64,000 nt of DNA from a virus. Of the stretch, positions 8,968 to 17,561 are shown piece by piece (the stretch's first letter is position 1; every line of letters begins with the position of its first letter). The stretch lies in IMG/VR virus record IMGVR_UViG_3300045978_000140, positions 1 to 64,000 of that record; one strand, given 5' to 3'. The notes beneath the pieces were generated by a model. That model had not been told where the DNA came from, searched no databases, and saw nothing but the letters and a program-made list of their open reading frames with translations. Both the position numbers and the translations under genes were made by a program.

Positions 8968-11016
8968 TTATTTAGCTGCTCCCCAACTTTCTCCTATAGA
9001 GGCATCAGCTTTGATTACTAAATTTGTCAGATAATGATTCCCTGCTTCAAGCATTGCTTTCTCAACATTGTCTCTTACAAGGAGCTCATAGTATTCCTTA
9101 CATTCAACAACAAGTTCATCATGAACAGAATTGCACAGCAGCACTTTCCACTGTAGATTGTTATCTACAATCCACTCGAATAGAAGACATCCAGCGAGCT
9201 TGATTTGGTGCGCACCTCTGGTCTGGACTGGGTTATTAAGGCACAATCGTAAGTATTCTGAACGTAGCTTGAAGTACTGAGAGACGAATTTCTTCTTCTC
9301 TTTATAAAGTTCAACGCTTGCTGGAAATTGTAGTTCATACTTTCTTCCTTTGTCTTTTTCATCCTGTTGTTTTTTGTAGTCTAATTTTCCTATTTTATAT
9401 TTTGTCCATTCTTCACGAGTGATAGCATCAACCTTAGCCTTCAGCTCTTTGAATTCATCAAAGAAAGGAAGTGCTAGCTTCCAACCATCTACGCTATCTA
9501 TATAACCTACCTTGATGGCCTGGAAGAGAACCTTATCTCCCCAAGCATACAGGCCAGCATGTAGGTTTTTGAATCCATCTTCTATTTCCTGGGCTCTTTT
9601 CATTGGTATCCCTTCCTTAGTATGTATGGTGAATGCATTACCACCATACTGAAAGGCAAACCTTGGAGCTTTGGATGCTTGTCGTTTATCCTTATGATCC
9701 CTCACTATTTCCTCATCTGTCAAGTCCTCAAGCTCAGGGTATAGTACTCTGGCTAAGAGACAGTGCAAATCAGCACCTTCATTAACAGATTTGGTCATAG
9801 CCTCATCTCCACTTAAGTCAGCTGCTATCACAGTCTCTTGGCCACTATAGTCACATACTACCATAACGTTGCCCTCATTGGCCTTAAAGCAATATCTTGT
9901 TTGCTTATCTGCAGGAAAATTTAAGAAATTAATCTCCCCTCGTCTGGTTGAGAGTCTGGCTGTATCTACCATTGGATTAAAATTGGTATAGATACGCTCA
10001 TTCTCTATCTTCTGATATATAGTGTCACCAAAAGTTGTTACTCTGTGATTAGCATTCTGATAGTTAAGCCATAGCTTCACAAATTCATGCTTGCTCTTGC
10101 TTATCACTTCCTCATTGATACTGTCTTTGTCATACTTATCTTTAGTTGGTATACCAAAGGCATTGAAGACTTTCAGCATCTGCTTAGGAGAGTTAACTGA
10201 AACAGTTATCCTCTTCACAGTATCAAACATATCATATTGTCTGTCTGCATACTGAGGAAGATGCTCAAAGATATAGTCTTCAACTATCTCTTTAGACTTA
10301 GCAGCATTGGATATATCCTGACTCATCTTACACTTCCATTCTATACTACAGATAGGCAAACCACACTGTTCCATATAGGCAAGGGCTGGTGCATATCTGC
10401 AGTGTAGCTGATAAGTAGGAAGAAATCCTCCCACTTTAATCTTAGCTAACATGGCTGTCTCCAGCTCTAACAGTCTATCCACATCATTGAAGGAATATTC
10501 TATGGTACTCTGCTGAGATAACTTAACAATGTGAATGTTCTTCTGCTCTGTCTTATCATAGACAACACCAAGTTCTCTTTCCATTACAGCTCCAAAATCT
10601 GCTCTGTATGGAGAAGTAACTTCATTACCATATTTATTGATATATGTTTCTATCTGTCCATTGTATAACACTTTGGTTGCAAGCATAGTGTCACGTACAT
10701 TTCTGGGCCAGAAGTCATATTTATAGAAGAAACCAAGGTCAAACATTATATTATGACCCACCAGGAGCTTCCCATCTATATATGGGATAAGCTCCTGAAA
10801 GGTATAATGATCACTCCCAACATACATATCAATTAAATAGTTGTTCTCCCCTGTTCCAATTTGTGTACAAAATATCTCTTCTTTTCTTGCTTCTAGTCCT
10901 GTTGTCTCTGTATCTATTGCTATCTTATCTGGTAATATCATGTCTTCGAGAGTACAATAGTTGTACTCCCCAATTTTCCTAAAGAAATCTGGGTTTTTTG
11001 TAACTATATAATTCAT
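8968..11016 (-). CDS. Family A DNA polymerase (3'-5' exonuclease plus polymerase domains)
   Basis: Exo I motif IAIDTETTGL. Pol motif B RQASKAPRFAFQYGG. Motif C SVHDELVVE. 682 aa. Confidence 0.9.
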   Translation of the reverse strand: MNYIVTKNPDFFRKIGEYNYCTLEDMILPDKIAIDTETTGLEARKEEIFCTQIGTGENNYLIDMYVGSDHYTFQELIPYIDGKLLVGHNIMFDLGFFYKYDFWPRNVRDTMLATKVLYNGQIETYINKYGNEVTSPYRADFGAVMERELGVVYDKTEQKNIHIVKLSQQSTIEYSFNDVDRLLELETAMLAKIKVGGFLPTYQLHCRYAPALAYMEQCGLPICSIEWKCKMSQDISNAAKSKEIVEDYIFEHLPQYADRQYDMFDTVKRITVSVNSPKQMLKVFNAFGIPTKDKYDKDSINEEVISKSKHEFVKLWLNYQNANHRVTTFGDTIYQKIENERIYTNFNPMVDTARLSTRRGEINFLNFPADKQTRYCFKANEGNVMVVCDYSGQETVIAADLSGDEAMTKSVNEGADLHCLLARVLYPELEDLTDEEIVRDHKDKRQASKAPRFAFQYGGNAFTIHTKEGIPMKRAQEIEDGFKNLHAGLYAWGDKVLFQAIKVGYIDSVDGWKLALPFFDEFKELKAKVDAITREEWTKYKIGKLDYKKQQDEKDKGRKYELQFPASVELYKEKKKFVSQYFKLRSEYLRLCLNNPVQTRGAHQIKLAGCLLFEWIVDNNLQWKVLLCNSVHDELVVECKEYYELLVRDNVEKAMLEAGNHYLTNLVIKADASIGESWGAAK

Positions 11017-11038
11017 ATGTAGTTGATTTTAAGTTAAT

Positions 11039-11401
11039 CTATCTCCAAAAGATAGGTATAAAGTTAGTGTTTAATAAGGAATTTGACCAATCTTCTTGCT
11101 CCTTTTTTACCCTAATTGCCTCAAGCAGAGGCAGTATCAGACTTACCTTATAGGTTTTATACTGATTGTGAGTAGGTACACCAATTAATCCTAATGTGGA
11201 AGAGGCTGCTACTACCATTAAGTATTTGCCTGGAATATTTCTAGCAACAGCTGCACCTATAGGAGAACCTAATCCCAAAATAGCGTTGTCTGATGTTCTA
11301 AGTATATATCCAGGGTATTCTATTACAGCATCAGATTCAGTCCATACCATTCCCTTCTTATCTCTATAGGTAGCCTTATACCTCTGTATCTTCTTCTTCA
11401 T
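11039..11401 (-). CDS. Hypothetical protein
   Basis: 120-aa ORF. Confidence 0.45.
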   Translation of the reverse strand: MKKKIQRYKATYRDKKGMVWTESDAVIEYPGYILRTSDNAILGLGSPIGAAVARNIPGKYLMVVAASSTLGLIGVPTHNQYKTYKVSLILPLLEAIRVKKEQEDWSNSLLNTNFIPIFWR

Positions 11402-11849
11402 CTTCTGATAAATATGAAATTATTACTTTTCCTTCATACAGAATGATGTCTCCTGTCTCATCACATTCAACATCAAGATATCCATCATGCTCATTAAGGA
11501 TTATATTCATCTCCCTATCTGTAATAGGAAGTAAGACCTCACTGTCTGGGCTATTGAACCATCCAATCTGCTTTGGTTCAGCATAGGTTTCCATCTCCTC
11601 ATCTGCTGACATTATAAATACGTGTACAGGTGCTCCATAAAGACTCATGAATAAGTCTTCATCTTCAGGAACATGTTCAAGCGTAAAGAATAAATGTTCA
11701 GGTTCCAAAACACCTACCTTGATAGAAGATAGGAAATGCATACCAGGTTTTAGTTCCTCTGGATGGTAACTTTTGAAGGCGAATTCTCCTTCTACTAAGT
11801 AAGTGTTTTCTTCGTTGTTGTTCTCTTGTTGATTGTTTTCTGTTTTCAT
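11376..11849 (-). CDS. Hypothetical acidic protein
   Basis: 157 aa with a very acidic C-terminus (SEDEEEDTEV). Confidence 0.45.
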   Translation of the reverse strand: MKTENNQQENNNEENTYLVEGEFAFKSYHPEELKPGMHFLSSIKVGVLEPEHLFFTLEHVPEDEDLFMSLYGAPVHVFIMSADEEMETYAEPKQIGWFNSPDSEVLLPITDREMNIILNEHDGYLDVECDETGDIILYEGKVIISYLSEDEEEDTEV

Positions 11850-12085
11850 ATCAGTTCTTTTTCTAGTTTTTCTATTTTTTTAAATATTTGTAATGGTACG
11901 TTTAAATTAAGAGCCATTATCTTCCTGTCTCTAGCTTTAGCAGCTTCTATTGCTGTCTTGTGGAACCCACAATGGTAATACTTACCATCACAGGTAACAC
12001 TGGCCAAAAATCTTTGTTGCATTGTCACCCAACTTACTCCTATGTAGGGTGCTTTCTCTTTGTTAGGGCTCTTTCCTTTTCTCAT
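11846..12085 (-). CDS. AP2-domain DNA-binding small protein
   Basis: YIGVSWVTMQQRFLASVTCDGKYYHCGFHKTAIEAAKARD fits the AP2/ERF fold signature (YRGV...W.A.I...GK...LG.F.T.EEAA.AYD). No nuclease domain attached. Confidence 0.5.
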   Translation of the reverse strand: MRKGKSPNKEKAPYIGVSWVTMQQRFLASVTCDGKYYHCGFHKTAIEAAKARDRKIMALNLNVPLQIFKKIEKLEKELI

Positions 12086-12312
12086 TTCTTTTCAAATTTT
12101 ATTTTATTCACGTCTGGATACTGTTCTAAGTCTGGTGCACGATGTTTAAATCTATGATTATATTTTCTCTTAATATACTCCTCTCTACCTATGAAAGAGC
12201 TGATAGGCTTGACATCATAGACATACCTATCATTAAATACTTCTTCCATGTTGGAAGGAACTCTGCCTCCCATACCTTGGAACCAACTAATAAATTTATC
12301 AAAGACACTCAT
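12082..12312 (-). CDS. Hypothetical protein
   Basis: 76-aa ORF. Confidence 0.4.
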   Translation of the reverse strand: MSVFDKFISWFQGMGGRVPSNMEEVFNDRYVYDVKPISSFIGREEYIKRKYNHRFKHRAPDLEQYPDVNKIKFEKK

Positions 12313-12560
12313 AGCTCCTCGTTTATAAAATTTCTAATCTTTACTAATACCTCATCGAAAGTTTCTCCATCGAATCTTTGCTTACCTGTAGTATTTCCCT
12401 TTGTGAACTCAACAAATCCATAGCAATACCAGTAAGGTTTCCCTCTTCTCTCTAGCTTGGACATGTTAACGAACACATTGGTTATACTTTCTTTCTCGAA
12501 AGGATTGTTTATTGTGGTAGCAAGCCTTTCTTCTCCTATTTTTTTAAGCTCCTCGCTCAT
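12309..12560 (-). CDS. Hypothetical protein
   Basis: 83-aa ORF. Confidence 0.4.
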   Translation of the reverse strand: MSEELKKIGEERLATTINNPFEKESITNVFVNMSKLERRGKPYWYCYGFVEFTKGNTTGKQRFDGETFDEVLVKIRNFINEEL

Positions 12561-13200
12561 CGTCTTTCTCTTTAAGTTGTATTAACATCTCTTCTACTCT
12601 ACGCATATCTTCCTTGAGCATATAGTCTTCATAGATAACACCAGGTTGATCCAGTATCATAGTTATATGTAACAGCTCTAACTGCTCAATAAATCTTCTG
12701 GACTGCCATTCAGCACCACGTACAAAGCTTGTTGCATCAGCTCTGAAGGCACCATTGAACTTGTTCATCTCCTGAAATTTAATAGCTATCTCCACCAGCA
12801 CTGCTTCATCAACAGTGGGTGGTTTGTACTCAATCTCAAGTTTACCTATGATTTTGTCCAGTTTCTTATCTTCTATCTCTATTAGCTTCTGCAATAGGTT
12901 CTCTATCTCTTCTTTAGATTCAAGAGCAACCTTTGCATTCTCTGCAGCCTTAGCTCTGTCCATCTCATTCTGTCTGTTCTGTGACATCATAATGATTGGT
13001 CCAGCAAAGGCTGCTTGTGTAGAAAATAATAAGTTCAGAAATATAAATGGGTAAACATCCCACTCATATATAAAACCAACAGCATTCGCAATCATCCAGA
13101 CAACAGTAAATATTGCCTGGTAGATTACGAATTTCCAACTACCCATCTTCTCAGTTATAATATCTGCGAAGCGAGCCCCAAAGTTTCTCTCATCCTTCAT
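12544..13200 (-). CDS. Membrane protein (two N-terminal TM helices, C-terminal coiled coil)
   Basis: Hydrophobic segments FVIYQAIFTVVWMIANAVGFIY and FIFLNLLFSTQAAFAGPIIMM. Possibly a DUF1003-type fold. Confidence 0.45.
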   Translation of the reverse strand: MKDERNFGARFADIITEKMGSWKFVIYQAIFTVVWMIANAVGFIYEWDVYPFIFLNLLFSTQAAFAGPIIMMSQNRQNEMDRAKAAENAKVALESKEEIENLLQKLIEIEDKKLDKIIGKLEIEYKPPTVDEAVLVEIAIKFQEMNKFNGAFRADATSFVRGAEWQSRRFIEQLELLHITMILDQPGVIYEDYMLKEDMRRVEEMLIQLKEKDDERGA

Positions 13201-13403
13201 ATACCTGTTTTTGTTTCCAGGAAGTGAGTACGTTGTCTATGCTCACCTTTCTTACCAAGATTAAAGCTTTCCACAGGTCTATGGTATCCCATAACCCTGG
13301 TGTAAACCAAGCACTTAGTTCTCAGATGCTGGTTCTTCTCTAAGATTTGCTGTCTGTCCATCTTCTTTAGATTTAATTGTGTTAATATTAATTGCAGCAC
13401 CAC
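13197..13403 (-). pseudogene. NrdD / glycyl-radical-enzyme C-terminal-like segment (GTG-start ORF; possible frameshifted continuation of 13315-13728)
   Basis: YTRVMGYHRPVESFNLGKKGEHRQRTHF resembles the anaerobic RNR glycyl-radical motif TRVCGYLG...GFN.GK..E...R..H. Only 68 codons, and the starting GTG has a stop immediately upstream in the same frame. Confidence 0.3.
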
Positions 13404-13728
13404 TATATATTAGCCTGAAGACATCAATATGATGCTTAATCATAAGATCAATAGCTCTATAGTTTACAAAGCCCATAAAGTCTAATCCCACATCAATATG
13501 CTGTGACTCCCAGATAGAAAGTTCAGACATGATGTCTTTAAAATTCTTATACTCTGAGAGAGGTCTAAGAATAGGTTTAACTTCAGATACTTTCACATTA
13601 CATCTCTCCACTATAATAGTGTCAGGGAAATGAAAGTCAACTCCTTCTACCTCACAAGCGAGGTCTTGCCACATAACATGTAGTTTATGGGGCATGTAAA
13701 TCATTAAATGTCCAAGTTTTAGTTCCAT
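13315..13728 (-). CDS. Hypothetical protein, upstream half of a possibly frameshifted glycyl-radical-like gene
   Basis: 137-aa ORF whose last ~30 codons overlap the next ORF in another frame. Confidence 0.4.
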   Translation of the reverse strand: MELKLGHLMIYMPHKLHVMWQDLACEVEGVDFHFPDTIIVERCNVKVSEVKPILRPLSEYKNFKDIMSELSIWESQHIDVGLDFMGFVNYRAIDLMIKHHIDVFRLIYSGAAININTIKSKEDGQTANLREEPASEN

Positions 13729-13732
13729 GTTG

Positions 13733-14140
13733 TTATTGTTTTTCTTGTTTATCTACTGATTCTAGTTCATCCATGGCTTTTTTAAGTTCTTCCTGAGCTT
13801 TAGCTTTAAGCTCTCCTGCTTCCTTCTCTATCTGGTCAGCTATAGCCAGCATAATAGTCTGCTTGTTAGCATTCAAATACTTTAACAGATGATGGCCAAA
13901 TATATCCTTATCAAGATCACATTGGCTACTACAACCACTATTCCCATAGATACCCATCCAACTGTCGAAATGGATGCTTATAGAAGCACATGCAGCAAAT
14001 CTGCTGTCTAAATTAAACCCAGCTCCTGTTTTATCATAATAAGATTTGTTCTTAGCCCAATCAGGGATTTTAGTGTTGAACAATACTCTTATATTGCTCG
14101 CATTCCTCATCAACTCTTTAATTTTCTCTACTGTTTTCAT
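13733..14140 (-). CDS. Hypothetical protein
   Basis: 135-aa ORF. The 'caaacaatcATG' start context is shared with other genes here. Confidence 0.5.
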   Translation of the reverse strand: MKTVEKIKELMRNASNIRVLFNTKIPDWAKNKSYYDKTGAGFNLDSRFAACASISIHFDSWMGIYGNSGCSSQCDLDKDIFGHHLLKYLNANKQTIMLAIADQIEKEAGELKAKAQEELKKAMDELESVDKQEKQ

Positions 14141-14162
14141 GATTGTTTGTTTTAATTGTTTG

Positions 14163-14234
14163 CACGCACATAGGGAGTCGAACCCTAAACTTCGCTTTTG
14201 GAGAGCGATATGATACCAGTTTCACTATATGCGC
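14163..14234 (-). tRNA. tRNA-Trp (anticodon CCA)
   Basis: Manual cloverleaf fold. Acceptor GCGCAUA / UGUGCGU (two G-U pairs). D-arm GUGA-AACUGGUA-UCAU. Anticodon stem UCGCU/AGCGA with loop CUCCAAA, identical to the E. coli tRNA-Trp loop. T-arm UAGGG-UUCGACU-CCCUA. Confidence 0.75.
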
Positions 14235-14310
14235 TGGTCTGAGAGTGACATCCACGACTTACAATCGCATGGCCATCATCAGATTATATCTGACCTTTGA
14301 CTCTCATTTG

Positions 14311-14370
14311 TGGGGTGGTATGACTCGAACATACGCACCTAAGGCTCTAACCAACTGAGCTACACCCCTA
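14311..14370 (-). ncRNA. tRNA-like element lacking an anticodon arm (perfect D-arm and T-arm, 6-bp acceptor)
   Basis: aGGGGUG-UA-GCUCAGUUGGUUAGAGC-cuuaggugc-GUAUGUUCGAGUCAUAC-CACCCCa-c. Only 9 nt lie between D-arm and T-arm. Followed (14237-14310) by a 7-bp-closed two-hairpin structure. Confidence 0.35.
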
Positions 14371-14379
14371 AGAAGGACA

Positions 14380-15591
14380 TTATCCTCCTTTTTTGTTGCT
14401 TAAGTCTAAGCTTAAGTCTCTTGCTGTTTTAGCTGACATTAACTCCATGAAGTTAAGACCAGCATTGGAAGCTCCTCCAGATCCTCCTCCAGTCATAAAC
14501 TGAGGAACCAAGCTACCTTGGTAGTTGCTAAACGCATCAGCCCAATACTTAGATACCTCTTTATATGTCTGAAGCTTTTGATCCAAGGCACCATCTGCCT
14601 GCATGATTAAACGTTTCTTGGTAGCAACACCTTCACCCTCAAGAATGTTTCTTCTCTTCTGCATCTCTGCAGTTTGTACATCCAGTTCTGCTACTTTGTT
14701 ACGTGCTTCAGCTTCAGTAACAAGCTTAGCTTTTAGAACCTCTTGCTCCCACTTAGCTTTAGCAGCATTAGCCTCTCCCTGTTTAGCAGTGGTAATGGCA
14801 TCTTGTTCTGCTTTCAAAGCGTTAGCAATTGAGGATTGTACAGCCATGATAGCTTGTTGCTGTTTTTTAATTTGGTTCTCTACAGCTGAGTCATAGTGGA
14901 TATATTTAATAGCCACATTGTACAATTTCAAGCCATTAGCCTTAATTGAGCTTACTTCCTGTCTTTGAACAACACCATTTTTCTCAAGAATCTCCACCAC
15001 TTTGGTTTTCTTTACAGCACCAGTAAGTGGATCTGGGATATCTTTTTCAATGGTACGAGTTCTGTAGACACCCTTGTTTGCTTGGTCCTCAATAATGCTA
15101 ATCAAATCGCTTCTACGCTCAGCATAGCTCTCTTTTGAAGACATTAATGGTCCAGTAAGAAAAATTGCTTTCTCTACATTAGTTTTAACAAGTGATTTCT
15201 CAATATTTTCCATAGAACTGAACGTAGAGTGGAGATGTATGATTTCCTTATCTGTTAAAGGCATGTCCCAACGAACAGAACCTGATACAGTAGATTTACC
15301 ACCATCATTCCAAATAGCAGGCAATGATTCATCACCATCTCCTCCTAATTCTTTGCTTAAGAACCAGAATTGGCTGGATTTTTTGTAGTGGGTTACTTTA
15401 CCACCACCTTGCCAGGCCCATCCTGCCTGTTTTGTAACAGTCAGAGTTCCATCTACAGGACTTTGAACTACTAAAATTTCTCCAGCATCACAATCCTCAA
15501 AGAGGTTAGCTGCAAGAATAATACACAAAAGGACTCCTCCTATAAGAAGTCCAAACTTTTTGATTTTCGAGATAATAGTCGAAATTTCCAT
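14380..15591 (-). CDS. SPFH / band-7 (HflK/HflC, stomatin-like) membrane protein
   Basis: N-terminal TM GLLIGGVLLCIILAANLF. SPFH-like core. Long Ala/Gln/Glu-rich coiled coil (AEQDAITTAKQGEANAAKAKWEQEVLKAKLVTEAEARNKVAELDVQTAEMQKRR), typical of the HflK/C family. Confidence 0.65.
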   Translation of the reverse strand: MEISTIISKIKKFGLLIGGVLLCIILAANLFEDCDAGEILVVQSPVDGTLTVTKQAGWAWQGGGKVTHYKKSSQFWFLSKELGGDGDESLPAIWNDGGKSTVSGSVRWDMPLTDKEIIHLHSTFSSMENIEKSLVKTNVEKAIFLTGPLMSSKESYAERRSDLISIIEDQANKGVYRTRTIEKDIPDPLTGAVKKTKVVEILEKNGVVQRQEVSSIKANGLKLYNVAIKYIHYDSAVENQIKKQQQAIMAVQSSIANALKAEQDAITTAKQGEANAAKAKWEQEVLKAKLVTEAEARNKVAELDVQTAEMQKRRNILEGEGVATKKRLIMQADGALDQKLQTYKEVSKYWADAFSNYQGSLVPQFMTGGGSGGASNAGLNFMELMSAKTARDLSLDLSNKKGG

Positions 15592-15596
15592 AACTT

Positions 15597-15821
15597 TTAA
15601 TTTAAAGTGTTATTAATTTTATCAATTGTTTCTTTGTTTTTCTGAGTCTCATTCAAAATGTCCTCCTTTTCTTTGGCTACTTTCTCAGCCTGTTGGGCTA
15701 ATTCATCAAGAGCAGCCCCCTTTTCTTTTTTCCTATTAAAGGTACCAAACATTTCGATAAGTTTAATAATCCCATAAACAACAATGGCGATTACAGCTCC
15801 TATTTCTAAAAATCTTAACAT
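15597..15821 (-). CDS. Small single-pass membrane protein (NfeD-like partner of the SPFH protein?)
   Basis: 74 aa. N-terminal TM IGAVIAIVVYGIIKLIEMF followed by a charged coiled-coil tail. Directly downstream of the SPFH gene. Confidence 0.4.
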   Translation of the reverse strand: MLRFLEIGAVIAIVVYGIIKLIEMFGTFNRKKEKGAALDELAQQAEKVAKEKEDILNETQKNKETIDKINNTLN

Positions 15822-15823
15822 GA

Positions 15824-15859
15824 CTTAAAGATTAAAAGCCCCTGGTATTACCCAGGGGC
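15824..15859 (-). terminator. Rho-independent terminator
   Basis: Stem GCCCCTGG/CCAGGGGC with loop TATTA, then TTTTAATCTTT on the minus strand. Downstream of the DUF2829 gene. Confidence 0.55.
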
Positions 15860-15868
15860 AGGTTAATA

Positions 15869-16141
15869 TTAGTTCAGGATAATCCAATCCTCAGCCAAAA
15901 CATCGCTTTGACTAGCTAACCAAGGCACAACAGTGTCCTGTGCAGTCTTCATATCAATATGAGGCTGATAATTAATGGATGTTCCCTCAGGATAGATAGT
16001 GTTTAAAGGAGCTCTATCTACTTTAAAAGTGCTTCCTGGCACCAAAAATAGAAACATTCCTTTTCCATTCCAACCTTCTCTGCTCACTTTTTTACCCTGT
16101 TTTAGAGCTTCAACAGCATGTCCAAACGATACTTTTGACAT
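15869..16141 (-). CDS. DUF2829-family protein (Tad2-like candidate anti-defense sponge)
   Basis: 90 aa. GWNGKGMFLFL ... HIDMKTAQDTVVPWLASQSDVLAEDWIIL matches the DUF2829 hallmark GWNGKGM ... MKTA..K.VPWLASQTDLLAEDW.I. Confidence 0.6.
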   Translation of the reverse strand: MSKVSFGHAVEALKQGKKVSREGWNGKGMFLFLVPGSTFKVDRAPLNTIYPEGTSINYQPHIDMKTAQDTVVPWLASQSDVLAEDWIILN

Positions 16142-16166
16142 AATATAAAAATTAAATGATTACTAA

Positions 16167-17561
16167 TTAGTTGTTATCCCACACTTTTTGCATAGAATCT
16201 TCGATTTTCTCGAAGTGAGTATCATTGTGAAGAACCTCAACCAATGCTTCAGCGAGGTTTTTCTCAGGAGTTTTGTAGTTGTCTTTAGTACGAGACAACT
16301 CTACCTGACGAAGATAGCTATCAACACACTCATCCAAATCTGTTGCTTTGATAACATTGTCATCAGAGAACACCAAATTGGACTTAACTTTCTCCACAAT
16401 TTCAGCCATAAACGCTGGGGCAATCTTAGCCTCTGCTATCTTCTCATATACAGGAGCAAAATCTCCTACAAGCTCGATACCTTCACAGAATTTAGAAACA
16501 TACGCTTCAGCAGTTACCTCATCTAAATAAGGCATGGTGATGATAGTACCAATTCTTTTCCCACGTAGGAAAGTTGGATCAATCAACTCTAAGTGATTTG
16601 TTGTGAACAACGCAATCACATTCATGTCTTTGGTGTCTCCACCATCCAACGTGTTCAAAATATCCTGAAGAGCTGCAGTACGCTCTCCTTTGGTTACCTG
16701 GTCGATATCCTCAACAAATACAAGGATACCATTACCATTTTGGTCCAAAGTTTTTGCCATACGCAAAGTATCAGCTAAAAGCTCAGGAGATTTCAAATAA
16801 ATGGCTGCCCAACCACTGTTGTTTGCTTCCTCAGCCAATTTGAAAGCTAACAAAGTTTTTCCAGTTCCATATGGCCCTTCAAGCAAAGCACCAAATTTCA
16901 TTGGAATACCAGCTCTTTTACATTTCTCAGGATGTAAGATACGAGCTTTTAATGGACGAATGGCATAATTTGTCTTCTCAGACAAAATCATAACCTCCTG
17001 GGCATACTTATCCAAATTAAGGATAGATGGCTGGCCACCATCAATATCTTTATGGATTTCGATAGTCAAATCCTTATAGATACTATCAGTTTTCAACAAC
17101 TGTTTAGTTCTGTCGATAATACTATCGATTAAAGATTGAAACTTGAATTGACATTTACCTCTGATGTACAATTTTCTTTCTGCATCAGCATAGTAAATTT
17201 GGATCATTGCACCTTCTCCCATGTCTGGCAATTGGATATCACCATAAGGCACTTTTTTACGAATGTTTCCTTTCAACACAACATCGATTGTGTTCATTGG
17301 AATTTCCCCAGAAGGACCTTTTTTGTTACCAACAGTTGACACACCAATGATTTCCTCAATGGCTCTGTTCAATTGATAAATACCATCATTTTTGAAACAT
17401 GAAAGTCGATAATCGAAGTTGGTCATACGACCAGCATTCTCGATTTCATTTTCCAAATAAGCCAGAATTTCTGGATATGGCTTAGGACCATTTCCTAATT
17501 TTACCAATTCTGCTTTTTTCTCTAATTCCCAGTTGTGCTGTACATTCTTGATAGTTTCCAT
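16167..17561 (-). CDS. Classic-clade AAA+ ATPase with an unknown ~220-aa N-terminal domain
   Basis: Walker A LLEGPYGTGKTLLA. Walker B ILVFVEDID. Sensor-1 FTTNHLELIDP. Arginine-finger region FLRGKRIGTII. No protease domain. Confidence 0.8.
   Translation of the reverse strand: METIKNVQHNWELEKKAELVKLGNGPKPYPEILAYLENEIENAGRMTNFDYRLSCFKNDGIYQLNRAIEEIIGVSTVGNKKGPSGEIPMNTIDVVLKGNIRKKVPYGDIQLPDMGEGAMIQIYYADAERKLYIRGKCQFKFQSLIDSIIDRTKQLLKTDSIYKDLTIEIHKDIDGGQPSILNLDKYAQEVMILSEKTNYAIRPLKARILHPEKCKRAGIPMKFGALLEGPYGTGKTLLAFKLAEEANNSGWAAIYLKSPELLADTLRMAKTLDQNGNGILVFVEDIDQVTKGERTAALQDILNTLDGGDTKDMNVIALFTTNHLELIDPTFLRGKRIGTIITMPYLDEVTAEAYVSKFCEGIELVGDFAPVYEKIAEAKIAPAFMAEIVEKVKSNLVFSDDNVIKATDLDECVDSYLRQVELSRTKDNYKTPEKNLAEALVEVLHNDTHFEKIEDSMQKVWDNN

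Noticed and set aside
9165-9362. 65-aa ORF inside the DNA polymerase gene on the same strand in another frame
   Set aside because: Fully nested in a high-confidence polymerase CDS. Low-complexity, junk-like translation.
14143-14358. Plus-strand 71-aa ORF
   Set aside because: Covers the tRNA-Trp and tRNA-like elements. Spurious.
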